Positions 25,901 through 38,422 of a DNA stretch of 64,000 nt are shown piece after piece. Positions within the stretch are counted from its first letter, which is position 1. Every line of letters starts with the position of its first letter. The translations under genes and the position numbers were made by a program. The notes below the pieces were generated by a model that searched no databases, had not been told where the DNA came from, and was given only the letters and a program-made list of their open reading frames with translations. The DNA comes from Mobula hypostoma (taxonomy: Eukaryota): NCBI RefSeq assembly GCF_963921235.1, contig NC_086097.1, forward strand, positions 77,688,001 to 77,752,000. Direction: 5' to 3'.

Positions 25901-26078
25901 AAGAGTTCAGCGTCATGTGGGCACAAAACTCACAGAGGTGAGGGCGCAGGGGAACAAAGGTGAGGCCCTTACTGGGGACAGAACACTCTGCCTCAGAGAG
26001 GGGAAGGTCGAAGGGGATGAGAGCTGGTATCAGAGAAGGGAAGGGGGTTGGTAGTGTTAGAAGAGAGGGGAGGGTTGA
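22934..26078 (-). mobile_element. Long Penelope-like element (RT plus GIY-YIG), decayed
   Basis: PGRPIV (about 25370), MGTCMGPSYACLFV, YYKPTDSYSYLDYTSSH, GIY-YIG at 23341-23661; TSD gatgattcagtaca (22920-22933) / gatgattcaataca (26079-26092). Confidence 0.92.
24591..25292 (-). mobile_element. Solo LTR-like insertion in Penelope RT
   Basis: TGTA...TACA termini; CpG-rich compared with its flanks; the RT reading resumes on both sides; no TSD seen. Confidence 0.7.
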
Positions 26079-26149
26079 GATGATTCAATACAATTTCAAC
26101 AGTTACAATGACATTGTTTACTACTATACTTTGTAGTTCTTTTGAAGTA

Positions 26150-26345
26150 TATATTTATAATGAAAATACATTGTAGTTGATAGGACGCCTCTGAAGGTTC
26201 AAATACCTTTGCTGATTGAAAGCATCCCTGACTTTATTTACAATGGTGCTCACAGTTGCCTGCATTACTGCAGGGCAATTAATGTTGTCTTAACGTTTGC
26301 TCATGCATATGCAAACCATTTTGCAAACCGTATCTATTCGTCTTT
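26150..26345 (+). pseudogene. Pseudo-exon, RGS helices 5-7
   Basis: 26164-26208 reads KYIVVDRTPLKVQIP, in frame with ORF 26209 (LIESIPDFIYNG...). Matches the RGS KYI...AP.EVNI motif; preceded by stops and a frameshift. Confidence 0.6.
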
Positions 26346-26859
26346 GGGCCAGTTTAAGTTCAATTTACTGCTTACAACTTACAATAAAAACTGAGGGCTG
26401 GTTCTTGTTTGAATTAATGTCGTCTATATTCAAATAATGCTAGGGTACTCCCTAATGGATATGCCAATAAATTCAACTTTGACTTTGGTTTGGTTTTTTG
26501 CATCTGGGATAGCTCTTGAAGGTCCTCAACATCCCACTCACCCTCCTCTGAACTCTGAACTCTGAACTCTTCCTGGCACGTTCACCTCCTTCCTTTGGAG
26601 CAGCAGTTACAAATGCATGCAGTTACTGCTGTCAACTATATTTGTTACAAACTTAAAAACAATTCAGACTCTCCTTTTCACGGATCATTTCCAAGTCTGC
26701 TTTCCTTCTAAGTAATCCCTTTTGCAAAAAGGCAAATTTTTCTCACATAAAATTCCTGCACTGCTCTCCGAAAGACTCATTCAGAGAAACAAATTCAGGT
26801 TTTCCAATGGCCTTTTTAAGAATAATGCTGATTTCATAACAACATTTCTTTGACTAATT

Positions 26860-26945
26860 TGTTGCATATTTTCTTAACCATTTCCTGTACAGACAAAATC
26901 AGCATTCCTTAATCTAATATGGAGGCTAAGTGAAGAGCAGTTTTA
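26860..26945 (+). pseudogene. Possible pseudo-exon, RGS start
   Basis: AYFLNHFLYRQ, then FLNLIWRLSEEQF in a shifted frame; followed directly by a PLE-derived insert. Confidence 0.35.
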
Positions 26946-26958
26946 GTATATGCTTCAA

Positions 26959-27111
26959 TCACAAACAGGAGAAAATCTACAGAGGCTGGAAATCAAAGCA
27001 ACACACACAACATGTTGGAGGAACTTAGGAGTCAACCCAAAACGTCGACTCCACTCTTTTCGATAGATGCTGCCTGGCTTGCTCAGTTCCTCCAGCATTT
27101 TGTGTGTGTTG
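26959..27111. mobile_element. Penelope-derived fold-back insert
   Basis: Arms caacacacacaacatgttggaggaact / agttcctccagcattttgtgtgtgttg; 17-bp TSD with 15/17 identity (26942-26958 / 27112-27128). Confidence 0.75.
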
Positions 27112-27671
27112 TTTAGTATGTGCTTGAACATCTTTTCTGTGAAAGGCAATGCACATTAAGCTGAGTATCGATTACAATTTAGCCCAAGTGTGGTTTCACC
27201 TTGAGCCTTTCCAGTCTTTCTTGTTTAAAGACATTGATAAGGGAGTTTAACTCATAGGCCTGCAATTTTTCTGATTTCTTAACCAAGTGACTATCCTTTA
27301 AACATGAGCTCATATACTGAGGCTTCTAAATTGCTTGGCCTTTCACATCGTAGCTTGGTTGGCTAGGGGAATAGTAATTTAACATTTCCATGTGTAATAG
27401 CAGTGATCACCAAAATATTTGTTGTCGTACCGTACTTGGTTCTCATGTATAACAAAAGGACTGGTCAAGTAAAGTTATACCTTCTATGATTGCCCAGAGA
27501 ACAGGCTGCTCCTGTCCTCTATATGTTGGTCCACATTATCGTCTGTTTCTTTGGCTTCTACTGTAATAAGTAATATTAGCCTACTCTTCATTGCAAAATT
27601 ATGAAGAAAACAACATGCTGGTCTAATTCAGAGACAATGATAGGCTCTTCCAAAAAGGCACAAAGAGACTG

Positions 27672-28250
27672 GTGGTCCAGAGAGCGGGAATAAAGGGATC
27701 CCATTCTGACTGGCTGCCAGTTACCAGTGGTGTTCCACAGGGGTCCGTGTTGGGGCCACTTCTTTTTACGTTGTACATCAACGATTTGAATTATGGAATA
27801 GATGGCTTTGTGGCTAAGTTTGCTGATGATACAAAGATAAGTGGAGAGGCCGGTAGTGCTAAGGAAACAGAGAGTCTGCAGAGAGACTTGGATAGAGTGG
27901 GAGAATGGCAAAGAAGTGGAAAATGAAATACAATGTTGGAAAGTATATGGTTATGCACTTTGATAGAAGAAATAAACGGGCAGACTATTATTTAAATGGG
28001 GAGAAAATTCAAGGTTCTGAGATGCAATGGCATTTGAGAGTCCTCATGCAGCAGTGGAGGTCAGGTCATTGGGTGTATTTAAGGCAGAGATTGATAGGTA
28101 TCTGAGTAGCCAGGGCATCAAAGGTTATGGTGAGAAGGCGGGGGAGTGGGACTAAATGGGAGAATGGATCAGCTCATGATAAAATGGCGGAGCAGACTCA
28201 ATGGGCCGAATGGCCGACTTCTTCTTCTGCTCCTTTGTCTTATGGTCTTA
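27672..28250 (+). mobile_element. CR1 RT-3' fragment with internal deletion
   Basis: [21 protein letters not shown]...KFADDTK; jumps near 28050 to the terminal region and the (TCTTATGG) tail. Confidence 0.92.
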
Positions 28251-28279
28251 CGGTCTAACAAGCAGAACAGAGGCACGGA

Positions 28280-28650
28280 ATTGGCAGCACCCAGCATCCC
28301 ATCAATTTCTGTAAAAGCAGATGCACTTATTATTGCAAATGAATTGTGCTTTTTGGAAGTGGAAGTGTTTTTTTTTAAGCCATTTAGTGAGAGCTTTTGA
28401 AAAATCACAAGAGTGCAATAAGCAGTTCCCCATAACTGGGAAATCCAATAATCTTTTATTGATGGAAGTTGCAATCATCTGTACAACATATTAAGACTAC
28501 GAACTGGGCTAACTTGGCCAAGTCAGCTCTGTTAACCCTTCTCACTGAAAATCATCAGACTAGCTCAAAGAAACTAATTGGAATGATTTTTCATGTGAAA
28601 GTGCTAAGAAGTTTGTTTGCAAATCTGACTGAACCACTTCAAAAGTTGCA
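28280..28650 (+). pseudogene. Pseudo-exon(s), most complete RGSL1/RGS22-like domain relic
   Basis: HQFL*KQ, then IIANELCFLEVEVF (ANE at 28335), NLLLMEVAIICTTY*DYE and VLRSLFANL, in RGS helix order across frameshifts. Confidence 0.6.
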
Positions 28651-28924
28651 AGGCCAAAACAGATCCTCTGGAAACATCAGTTGATCAACCATTATAGGAT
28701 GGTTTAGATCTCCTTGGGTTCTAAACTCCCAAACATCCTTCTTTCCTTTTTCTAGTGGACACATTGTATTGAATGAGCAATCTTCAGTATAACTGCACTG
28801 TGGACTCTCTTTAAATGCATTTAAATGTGTTCCAAAGGTAATGCAGCGGTTATGTGAAGGATTTCAAGAGATGGCAGTGAAAATTAATCTCAAAGAAAGC
28901 CAGAATATAACCAGAAATCTCACA

Positions 28925-29040
28925 ACTAATATCATTTCAGCAATTTCTTTTAATTTTGAGATTATGACAAACAACCCTTTCTTTTAACCAACAGAAGTTA
29001 TTCTCAAGGATATCACAAAATTTGCAAGTCAGATCATCCA
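28925..29040 (+). pseudogene. Pseudo-exon, RGS start
   Basis: LISFQQFLL, then TNNPFF*PTEVILKD in a shifted frame; possible donor CAG|GTCAGA near 29041. Confidence 0.4.
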
Positions 29041-29334
29041 GGTCAGACGTATGCATGGGTGGATGTTTATTTATACCTGTTCTTGAGAACATGGGCAATA
29101 TCTGTAAGGGTGTGCCTATTTCCCTAGGATGGAAGTGGAGGAGAATACTCCAGACTTTGGTAGATTTACAGAGGTGTGATACTCCCACAATAGCAAATGT
29201 TAACGATTCAGATCCGGTGATGACAATGGAATGGCAATAGGTGTCCAAGTCAGGATGATATAGAACTTGATGATGATGCTCCTTCCACTAATATTAAGTC
29301 TTATCAAGACTGCTGATATAGCTATGATTACATG

Positions 29335-29665
29335 TTAATCCTCAGAGTCTTGAATGATGAATCTGTCAAGGGAAGAAATTCTAACCAATAGCTGGTTCAA
29401 TCCAGATTGTAAGATCCACAAGGAAGCAAAATTAGCCCCAAAATTTGGAAGTCAAGATGTCAGCAAGTATATGCACACTCAGGACATCTGTGTATAATCT
29501 AGAACCAAATCCAAGAATCCAAACAATTTTCATTAGCTTCCCCTCACTGAGAATAAGTAACAATGGTTTTATTGCCCTTGCTATAATAACAATCCAGAGC
29601 AAGTAACTGAGAAACTGGGAATCAGAATAAGTACCTTCCTGATGTTCATGCATCTGAAAGTATAC
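29335..29665 (+). pseudogene. Pseudo-exon, RGS22-like domain
   Basis: RVLNDE..., KIWKSRCQQVY, and a frameshift-broken end IQ/VTEKL/NKYLP/ASE resembling the RGS22 IQxxVxxxLExxWLPxFLxS pattern. Confidence 0.45.
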
Positions 29666-29874
29666 TCACCACTGGATAAGTTATTCATTTACAATTTCTT
29701 CTGTCTTTTATATAAATGTTAACTGTCATGTTGAAAACGCCCTTCTATAAATCACGTTGGAACATAAGAATGAGGAGAAGTATTCAGTCAAAGTCCCCTC
29801 AAACCACCTTAGCTGATCTTCTGCCTCAGTTCAGTTTCCCCTTTAAACTTACATCAAAAGGTTACTCGTCTGAG

Positions 29875-31275
29875 TGCTACTGGTACCGTGTAACCCAGTG
29901 CTACCTGTCGCATGGTCGGGTGGTCGGCGACTAAACCAGCTCCCCCACCAGGCTTGCCTGGAGAGGAGAGTGGCTAGACACCCTGCAGGATGAAAAACAA
30001 GACCTGTCAAAGGGCGGGTGAGCCCTCTCATAGGGTCAACGGCCATCTAGCACAGGGGTCCCCAACTTTTTTTGCACCGCGGACTGGTTTATTATTGACA
30101 ATATTCTTGCACACCGGCCAACCGGGGGGTGGGTAGGATTGCCAATGGACAAGAGTAGCAGTCAAATACGTTGTGTTTACCCCGAGAGAGACTACCATGA
30201 CCATGAAGCCTTGCGTGGGCACCAGTGCACATGCGTGACTTGCACATGCGTGTACGTGCCGATTTTTTTCTACAAATTGTTTTTGGTGATTCTGTTCGGA
30301 GGGGGGTGTTAATCACGACCGGAATATCGGTGATAAGTGGCTAATATACTCAATTTCATTTCTAAAAGGGTTTATCTAACGAGTTTAATATTAAACACAC
30401 AGCGCATATTTTCCTCGCATGAATATCGTGATAAGTCAATTATAAGTCACTTATAAGTCAATAGCATCATAACATTTTAAGTAATGTTTGGATATTAAAC
30501 ACACAGTGCATATTTTCCCCGTATGAACATATAAAATCATTACACACACCAATATCGCTGAATCAGTGTGAGCCCTGGGCTTGTTTCCCTGCAACAAGAT
30601 GGTGCCATTGAGAGGTGATGGGAGACAGCAATACTCGAAGGGGGTTCCTAATGTCCAGTCTATTCCACAATTTAGTTTTCGTTGCATTCATCGCAGAGAT
30701 ATGTTGGAAATGGAAGCAACGTTTTCAGTGCTTTCATGGCTAACTCAGGATATTCAGCCTTGACTTTGATCCAGAATGTCGGCAGAGATGTTATGTCAAA
30801 CATACTTTTCAGCCCGCCGTCATTTGCAAGCTTGAGGAGTTGATCTTCTTCCTGCGCTGACATGGATGACGCGCGGGTAATGACCTCGCATGCGTTCAAG
30901 TTCAACAGTGCGTGACAGGGAATGAGGAAAGGTGCAGCTGACTCATATCATTTCCTCGCAGCCTGGTAGCACATGCTTTGTGGCCCGGTACCGGTCCACA
31001 GCCCAGTGGTTGGGACCGCTGATCTAGCAAACACGTGCCGTGAAGCGCGGAAAGGGCATCCCTTGCATCGAAGATTGGTCTGGACATTCACTGCAACAGA
31101 ACTTCCCCCAGCCGTCTTGGACCCCACCATGTTGCTGGATCCGGGAGGGGATGTCGAGAGGGTGGGTCTAGACTTGTGCAACCCCCTACTCACCTAAAAT
31201 CCACTCACACACATGCTGTTCCTTTCTGAGGAGTGGGGTACCACCCCACTAACTGACTGAAAGGATTCATCATCA
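29875..31275. repeat. GC-richer interspersed repeat of uncertain class, split by a hAT insertion
   Basis: Sequence of similar composition continues on both sides of the ATCTAGCA TSD. Confidence 0.4.
30053..31021 (-). mobile_element. Non-autonomous hAT-Charlie element
   Basis: TIRs caggggtcccca / tgggaccgctg; perfect 8-bp TSD atctagca (30045-30052 / 31022-31029); hAT dimerisation relic FWIKVKAEYPELAMKALKTLLPFPTYLC. Confidence 0.93.
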
Positions 31276-31491
31276 TCCTATGGGATGGATAGCCAGAGAG
31301 ACAGACGTCAAAAGGAAGATCTGTGTTTTCCATCAGATGAGCACAGAAGAGTTGTTATTCATGACCAATATAAAGCAATTTGAAAAGAAAATACCAGCAT
31401 CATATTAAAATAAAGTCATGCTGTAAAATTTCTCTTAAATGGCTTATTTTTCACATTATTTCTTTCACGTTTTCATCTGTGACCATTTCAG

Positions 31492-31641
31492 GATATAAAA
31501 AATACTTTTTAAAAGATCAATCTCTTCAGTTTCCCAATGGGATTAGTTAAAAAGAGTAAAGAGATGAGTATTTAGAATATTTTGGCTGGAATTGAATTTC
31601 AGCATTAGTTGCATACCTATGCATTACTACCACTTCCTGAG
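31492..31641 (+). pseudogene. 150-bp pseudo-exon
   Basis: Long pyrimidine tract with catttcAG acceptor and GAG|GTAAGT donor. YKKYFLKDQSLQFP...LHTYALLPL with internal stops. Confidence 0.5.
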
Positions 31642-33597
31642 GTAAGTCCTTTTTAAAGCACTCAAAATATGAATGATCACAATCAGTGCACTTATGTTAC
31701 TGTAATTATATATATTTTTATTAAACTATTTGGACAGCTATGTATTTACTGATGGAAAATAGAATGCATGCAGTGTATACCTTTGCACATTGTGGTGATG
31801 CAAATGATATAAAATGTGGGCTTGAAAGCAGAACCAAGGAAACGAGAGACCAATTGTAAAAGCAGACTAGGGCTGTGTTGTTTTCAATATCAGTCTGCCC
31901 TAGGCTAGTGATGTACTTGAATAAATTCAGCACTAACAAATTTCTCATGCAGAACTGTGGTTTCTCAATGGAGTAGAGAGACTATTAACTCTATAGACAG
32001 GGACAAACAATGTACTTGAAATTCTTGGGATTTTTAGAAAAACAGAAGGCTAATAATATTTCACATGTGGAAAATTCTTCCCATGTCCCGAATACAAAGA
32101 TCAGAGGCTTCAAACCACATACTGAATGATGTTTAGTCATTTCCACTAAGTAACATAAGAACATGTGGAAAATAACAGTAAGTGCAGATCCTGGAAATCT
32201 GAAAATAAAACAGAAGCCATAGAAACATTGGTATTTATTCTCCCTCCACTGAAGCCGCCTGGCCTATCGATTGTTCGCAGTAATTACTGTTTTTTATTTC
32301 AGAATGCTTTTATTTCTCCTGCTGCAGCAAATACTCAGCTATGTATTTACTTTGGAATTTAGAACATAGAGCATGGAACATAGAGCACTACATAAAAGTA
32401 TGGGCCCTTCGGCCCACAATATTGTGCTGACCTTTTAACCTACTACATAATTAATCTAACTCTTCCTTCCTTCATAGCCCACAACCCTCCATTTTTCTTT
32501 CACCCGTATGTCTATCTATGAGTCTCTTAAATATTCTTCATTCTTAGGCAGTCCCATGGAATCGAGGACAATTTGTTTCTGCTCTAGCTGGTGTTGAAGT
32601 GATCTGTCTGCAGTTTCCTGGGCAAGCCATTGCACAACAACTACTACATGGGTTGCTTTAAATATCAAATTGGTTAAATTACATCACACCTAGGCCTCTG
32701 TTATAAACCTTTTGAAAACAGATAAACAGCATGCATCTGATATGCACTGCTCATCCTTGAAACATGTAATGCTGCAAGGTTAGTATGAATTGCCATCCCT
32801 AATTACCCGGGATGACTTGTAAGCTGCCTCTTTGAATGGCTGCAGTCCAAGTGGTGGAAGACGACCAATGTCCTAATAGATATGGAGCTTCGGAATCTTG
32901 ACCAATGATGACAAAGGAACAGTGATATATGGGTTGGTGGTATAGAAGGGAACCTCAGAGATGTGAGTGTTCTCATGTGCCTTCTTCCCTTGTCTTGATG
33001 AGAGAGGCCACAGGTTTTGGTGCTGCTGGCTGTGTTGTCTCCTTGAGGAAATGTGTACACCACAAATAGTTCACAATGCAGCCACTATTCACTGGAAGTG
33101 TAGGAAATGAATGCTTACAGAAAGTGGACAGAGTGCCAGTCAAAAGACTTCAGATGTTACTGGAACTTCACTCGCTCAAGAAAAGGGAAGCTATTTCATC
33201 ACACTCCTGACTTGTACCACCCGGACAATGAAAGATCTTTTGTTTTTTTTTTCTATTGTGTTTAATATGCTTATTGTGTTTTTTCATGCTGCATCAAATC
33301 TAGAGTTACAATCAGTTTGTTCGCCTTTACACTCATGTACTGAAGAATAACAATAAACAACCTTGAATCTTGAATCTTTGGGATGTTAGGGGTGAGTCAA
33401 TTGTCACAGGGTACCAAGCCTCTGAACTTACCTTATAGCCACAATATTTATATAATTGGCACAGTTAAGTTTTTCTGTCAAGGGTGATCCCAGGATGTTA
33501 ATGGTGAAGGACATGACATAAAAATGCCAATGGACATATTCCAATGACCATAATTAGACTGTCCCTTGTCAAAGGTGGTGACTGACTAGTATTTGTA

Positions 33598-33915
33598 TGG
33601 ATGGGGTGGAGATACGTCTCCACCAAAGGAGGTATAGGCGCTTCTTCTCTCCGCTAGCTTGCAGGTCACCATTGGGCAAGGTGTAGCACCTGCTTAGTCC
33701 TCCGATCAGGGTCAGGTGGGATCAGGTGGTGGATAGTTGTATGAGCAGCTGGTGCACATCTCAAATCCTGGTTATGAAATCACGGATGCCTGGCAGACAA
33801 TCTTTGAAGAGTATTGATATGTCTGGACTCACCCATCTTGTTGATACTGCCCAGAAGAAGGCAATAATAAACCACTTCAGCAGAAGATTTGCCAAGAGTA
33901 ATCATGGTCATGTCA
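33598..33915 (+). mobile_element. RTE-related non-autonomous repeat
   Basis: ggggtggagatacgtctccaccaaaggagg...gaaggcaataataaaccac; an inverted copy lies at 52670-53020. Confidence 0.6.
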
Positions 33916-34599
33916 TTCCATATTGCACATAACGACAAACAAATTATAATTGCCACTTTACGAGTCTGGGTCTGAACATCTGAACGTTGCCCAGGTTTTG
34001 TTGCATGTGCACCTGGATTGTTTTATTAATGGAATCAATCATTGGCCCAGTTATGATCTTATGATGGAGCAGCTGATTGTGGCTGGGTCTAATGAAATGC
34101 CTTCATACTTCCAACAACTGTGCTCTGGGCTGAGATGATTGAACTATAGCTGCTGTCCCTTTTAACTCCAGCTAATCAACAATTCCCCTTGAACCCCATT
34201 GATTCAAGGGTTCTTTGATTGATTCATTGATTCTATTATGGTTATTATTCTATTATGGATTTATTGAGTATGCCCACGAGAAAATGAATCTCAGGGTTGT
34301 ATATGGTGACATCTATGTACTTTGATAATAAATTTAATGTGAACTGAGACACCACACACAGTTAAGCACTGCCTTGATATAATATGGCGTTACCGTGTGA
34401 TGGCGATGAATCTCTAATAATTTTACTGGATGTTGATAATACGTAAATAATTCTTTCCAAACAGGTTTCAACAGGCATGTGCTAGCTCCATGCTGTAACA
34501 AAGGCTGGCAGCCTCTTCCTATAAGATAAAACTTGGAATTTAGCTTTAACATTTCCTGTGCTGTGCTCTCCGAGTCCAACAAATGGAGACTAGGAAGAA

Positions 34600-34715
34600 T
34601 ATTCCAGTTTCAATGCCAAATTATATGTTTTATAACATGGTTAATGATCAAAGAAATTGTTCTCCATTTTCTCAGAGGCTTCTACTGGCTTAAGAAACAT
34701 GTTTCCATTCTGTAA
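34600..34715 (+). pseudogene. Possible pseudo-exon, RGSL1-like domain end
   Basis: KEIVLHFLRGFYWLKKH resembles the LxxLxxYWLPxF motif. Confidence 0.35.
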
Positions 34716-34849
34716 GAGACACATCCAAGACAAATTTGCAGCATTCTCATTCATCAAGATAATTATATTTTTTTATGAAGTACTATCAAGATCATTATGA
34801 GAGGTAGCAATATTTTCTTACTAATTTTGTTCAATATTCCATAACTCTA

Positions 34850-35370
34850 TCACCTCATTATAGGAAGGGTGTGGAAACAATGGAGAGGGTGCAGAGGAGA
34901 TTTACCAGGATGTTGCCTGGATTGGAAAACAAGTCTTATGAGGCAAGGTTTAGCAAAGCTGGGACTTTTCTCTTTGGAGCGTAGAAGGATGAGAGGGGAC
35001 TTGATAGAGATCTACAAGATTATGAGAGGCATAGGTAAGGTTGGTAGCCAGCACCTGTTTCCCAGGGCACAAATAGCAAACACCAGAGGGCATATGTACA
35101 AAGTTAAGGGAGGAAAGTTTAGGGGAGACATCAGGGGTAAGTTTTTTACACAGAGGGTTGTGGGTGCCTGGAATGTCTTACCAGGGATGGTGGTGGAGGC
35201 TAAAACATTAGGGATATTTAAGAACCTCTTGGACAAGCACATGGATGGAAGAAAAATAGAGGGTTATGGGGGTAGTGTGGGTTTAGTACTTTTTCTTAGG
35301 AATAAATGGGTTGGCACAACATCGAGGGCCGAAGCGCCTGTCCTGTGCTGTAGTATTCTAGTGTCTAGTG
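34850..35370 (+). mobile_element. CR1 3' end
   Basis: LGLFSLERRRMRGDLIEIYKIM...TRGH...FFTQRVVGAWN. Confidence 0.93.
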
Positions 35371-35671
35371 TCCAGCAACTCTCTAAGTGGGAGGGAAAGA
35401 CCTAGTTTTGTTTTGTTTATTATCTCATTTTGGATTTAAACATGGATAATGAAAATACTTAGATACACAGAGTGAAATAAAATTATTTACAAAACATTTA
35501 TTTGGGTCATGTAACCAAACTGAAATGGCTAAATCATAAACAGTGCTACAAGTAATTTATAATAAATATCTGAACACTTACACTGAGTCTATATGCCAAA
35601 AGGTTTTACAAGTATGGTTTACAATTGGATCTCACTTCAGTTCTCCTGCTAAGCCCATAAAACCCCAAAAT

Positions 35672-36420
35672 TATAAGACACAGCAGCAGAATTGGGCCAT
35701 TTGGCCCCTTGAGTCTGCTCCACTATTTCATCATAACTGATTTATTTTCTCCCTCAGCCCCAATCTCCTGCCTTCTCCCTGTATCCCTTCATGCTCTGAT
35801 GAATCAAGAATCTATCAACCTCAATCTCTACCTTAAATGATTTGGCCTCCACAGCCTTCTGTGCCAAAGAATTTCACTGATTCACCATTCTCTGGCTAAA
35901 GAAATTCCTTTTCACCTCTGTTCTAGAAGGAAACCTCTCTTTTATGAGGCCGTGTCCTTTGGTCTTAGACTTTCCCGCCAAAGGCAACATCCTCTCCACA
36001 TTCACTCTTTTAACGTTTGATAGGTTTCAGTGAGTTCACCCCTCATTCTTCTGAATTCCAGTGAGTAGTCAAACACTCCTCATATGACAAGCTTTTCAAT
36101 CCTAAAATCATTTTCCTGAACCTCTTTTAAACCCTTTCCAATGTCAGCTCATATTTTCTTAGATAAGGACTCAAAACTGCTCACATAACTCTAAGTGAGG
36201 CCTCATTAGTGCTTTATAAAGCCTCAACATTACATTCTTGCTTTTATATTCTAGTCCTCTCAAAATGAATGCTAACTTGCCTTCCTCACTATTGACTCAA
36301 CTTGCAAATATACCCTGAGGGAATCCTGCACTAGGACTCCCAAGTCTCTTTGCACCTCAGATTTCTACATTTTCTCTCCAGTTAGAAAATAGTCTGTGCT
36401 TCTTTTCCTTCTACCAAAGA
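35672..36420 (-). mobile_element. CR1 3' fragment
   Basis: Colinear with and similar to 19870-21000. Confidence 0.85.
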
Positions 36421-36959
36421 AGTAGAATGCCCATGGTGAATTACTGAATCAGAATCAAACAGTGATTTGATTCTGTGGCCCACTGACTCTACACCAGCCA
36501 AGAAGCACCAATATAACATACCCTACACTAATTCCATCTTATTCTCCCACATTCCCATCGACTCCTCCCACATTCTCATTGCCTGCAGATTCCAGCATTT
36601 GCCTACAATGCGAAGGTCAATTTACAAAGACCAATCAACTTACAGTACGGAACATGCATGGATGCAGGAGGAAGCTAGAGCACTAGGAGGAAATAGATGG
36701 TTCCATGCAAACAGCACCTGAACCCAGAATACTGGGGCTGTGAGACAGCAGCATTACCCACTGCACCACTCCATCACACTGCTTCCCGGTGCTTCACAGC
36801 GGGTCTCCTAACCTGGGAGAGGGAATTGACTGATACCAGACAGAAATCAGCTTATGCTGTTTTTACATGAGGGCTTGCTTGTTGTATTAGCTGCTGACAA
36901 TTAGTATTTGGCTTGGAATATACTCATTATGTTTTCCTCCTTTCCCCATGACCTCACTT

Positions 36960-37246
36960 TCGTTCCCTCCTATCTTGCCTCATTTTGGAGATGGGATCGA
37001 TATTCAAAAACTGTTCAAGGTTTGTGGATCAAGCAGTGCAGACTGAGCAATCCCATCTCCAGCATTGGCAATGAAGATTCCTGGCCGAAAGGCAGAGCAG
37101 GGATGTATCAGAACCGGGAACTTCTTCAGCTCACCAGCGTAAAATATATGGGGAATTTATTTTCTCGTCTACTTGAGGACAGAGATGACACTGAAGATGA
37201 ATGGATTATTGACTTTACAATTTTAGGCTCTAATGCAAACAGATAA
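36960..37246 (+). pseudogene. Possible pseudo-exon
   Basis: LASFWRWDRYSK and GNLFSRLLEDR...IIDF within ORF 36908-37246. Confidence 0.3.
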
Positions 37247-37465
37247 AATGTTGAATATTTTTGTTTCACGAAAGCAGCATCCTTTGGTATGTCAGAAGCT
37301 CACCAGGAGTTGAAAGAACGAAGTCGGCCCACTCTTGATGAACATGGGATGGGAGGGCAATGGACTATATTGGTTTCTGCAGGTTACACCAGGAGCCTCA
37401 ATGTCTCGAGCTTTATATTTTAGATTGGCTCTATATTTATACCCAATTGCCTCTGTACAGAGGAG

Positions 37466-37795
37466 AGGCACAGTAGCACAGTTCATAGTGCTAACACTGC
37501 CTCACAGCGTCAGAGACCCAGGTTCGACCCTGACTTTATATACAGTCTACGTGGAGCTTGCACATTCTCCTTCTGACTCTGTGGGTTTCCCCTGGGTGCT
37601 TAGGTTGCATTCCACATACCAACGTTGTGCAGGTAGATTAACTGGCCACCATAAATTGCCCCCGGTGTGCAGTTTAAATAGTTAAAATGTGGAGAGAATA
37701 AAAGAATAACAAAGGATTAGTATAAATGAATAGTTGATGGTCAGCATCAACTTAATGGGCCAAAGGGCCTGTTTGCACGCTGCATAACTCTGTGA
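37466..37795 (+). mobile_element. V-SINE (HE1-like)
   Basis: tRNA-like head with B box ggttcgaccc, V-domain-like gtggagcttgcacattctcc...gtgggtttcc, CR1-like tail. Confidence 0.7.
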
Positions 37796-38069
37796 CTTTG
37801 TAACTCTTTAGTCAGACTTACAATGAAGGACAGTTAAGCTTTTCCTTGAAGGCTCTCTCAAATAAGTCAGTTACATCCAGCAGAGAGCAGTCTGCATTAT
37901 GTCTGCGACTGCAAACCACTAGACCATAACCCCAAGCCAACAAAGCAGGCTTGGACACTCAGATGAGCACATACAATAATCTCTATGTGCAGCAAATCTA
38001 CAAAAAAAAGCTGTATTATGTTCAATATAATTATGTGGATTAGGTGGGAATTTCAGTAGTAAAGAGGTT

Positions 38070-38265
38070 AAAGATCACTTTTCACATGAATCTCCACAGT
38101 ACATTTCACACTTATCAACAGATTCATACCGAAGCTTCAGTTTCCTAACATTCACAAATTCGTACAGGTCTCTTTCAAATACAGGTTGTAGTTCTTACAG
38201 CAGCCTTATGAAAAAGGAAGAACAGAGCTATTTTGTTGAAGCAAGTATGTAAAGCTAACAAAAAC
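38070..38265 (+). pseudogene. Pseudo-exon, RGS helices 5-8
   Basis: DHFSHESPQYISHLSTD, then GLFQIQVVVLTAAL* in a shifted frame; a GTATGT donor-like site follows. Confidence 0.45.
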
Positions 38266-38386
38266 AAATTAGCATATCCTGTCCAGGATAAAGTTATACT
38301 TCAATAGACAACACTAAAATCAAGCAACACACATCAAAGTTGCTGGTAAACGCAGCAGGCCAAGCAGCATCTGTAGGAAGAGGTGC

Positions 38387-38422
38387 AGTCGACGTTTCAG
38401 GCCGAGACCCTTCGTCAGGACT
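38387..38422 (-). ncRNA. Minimal hammerhead ribozyme motif in a short Penelope-derived insert (about 38320-38438)
   Basis: Minus strand: agtc-CTGACGA-agggtctcggcct-GAAA-cGTC-gact. Confidence 0.72.

Noticed and set aside
33598..33915. Possible HDV-like ribozyme in an RTE-related repeat
   Set aside because: I could not build the nested double pseudoknot by eye, so it is unsupported without a structure search.
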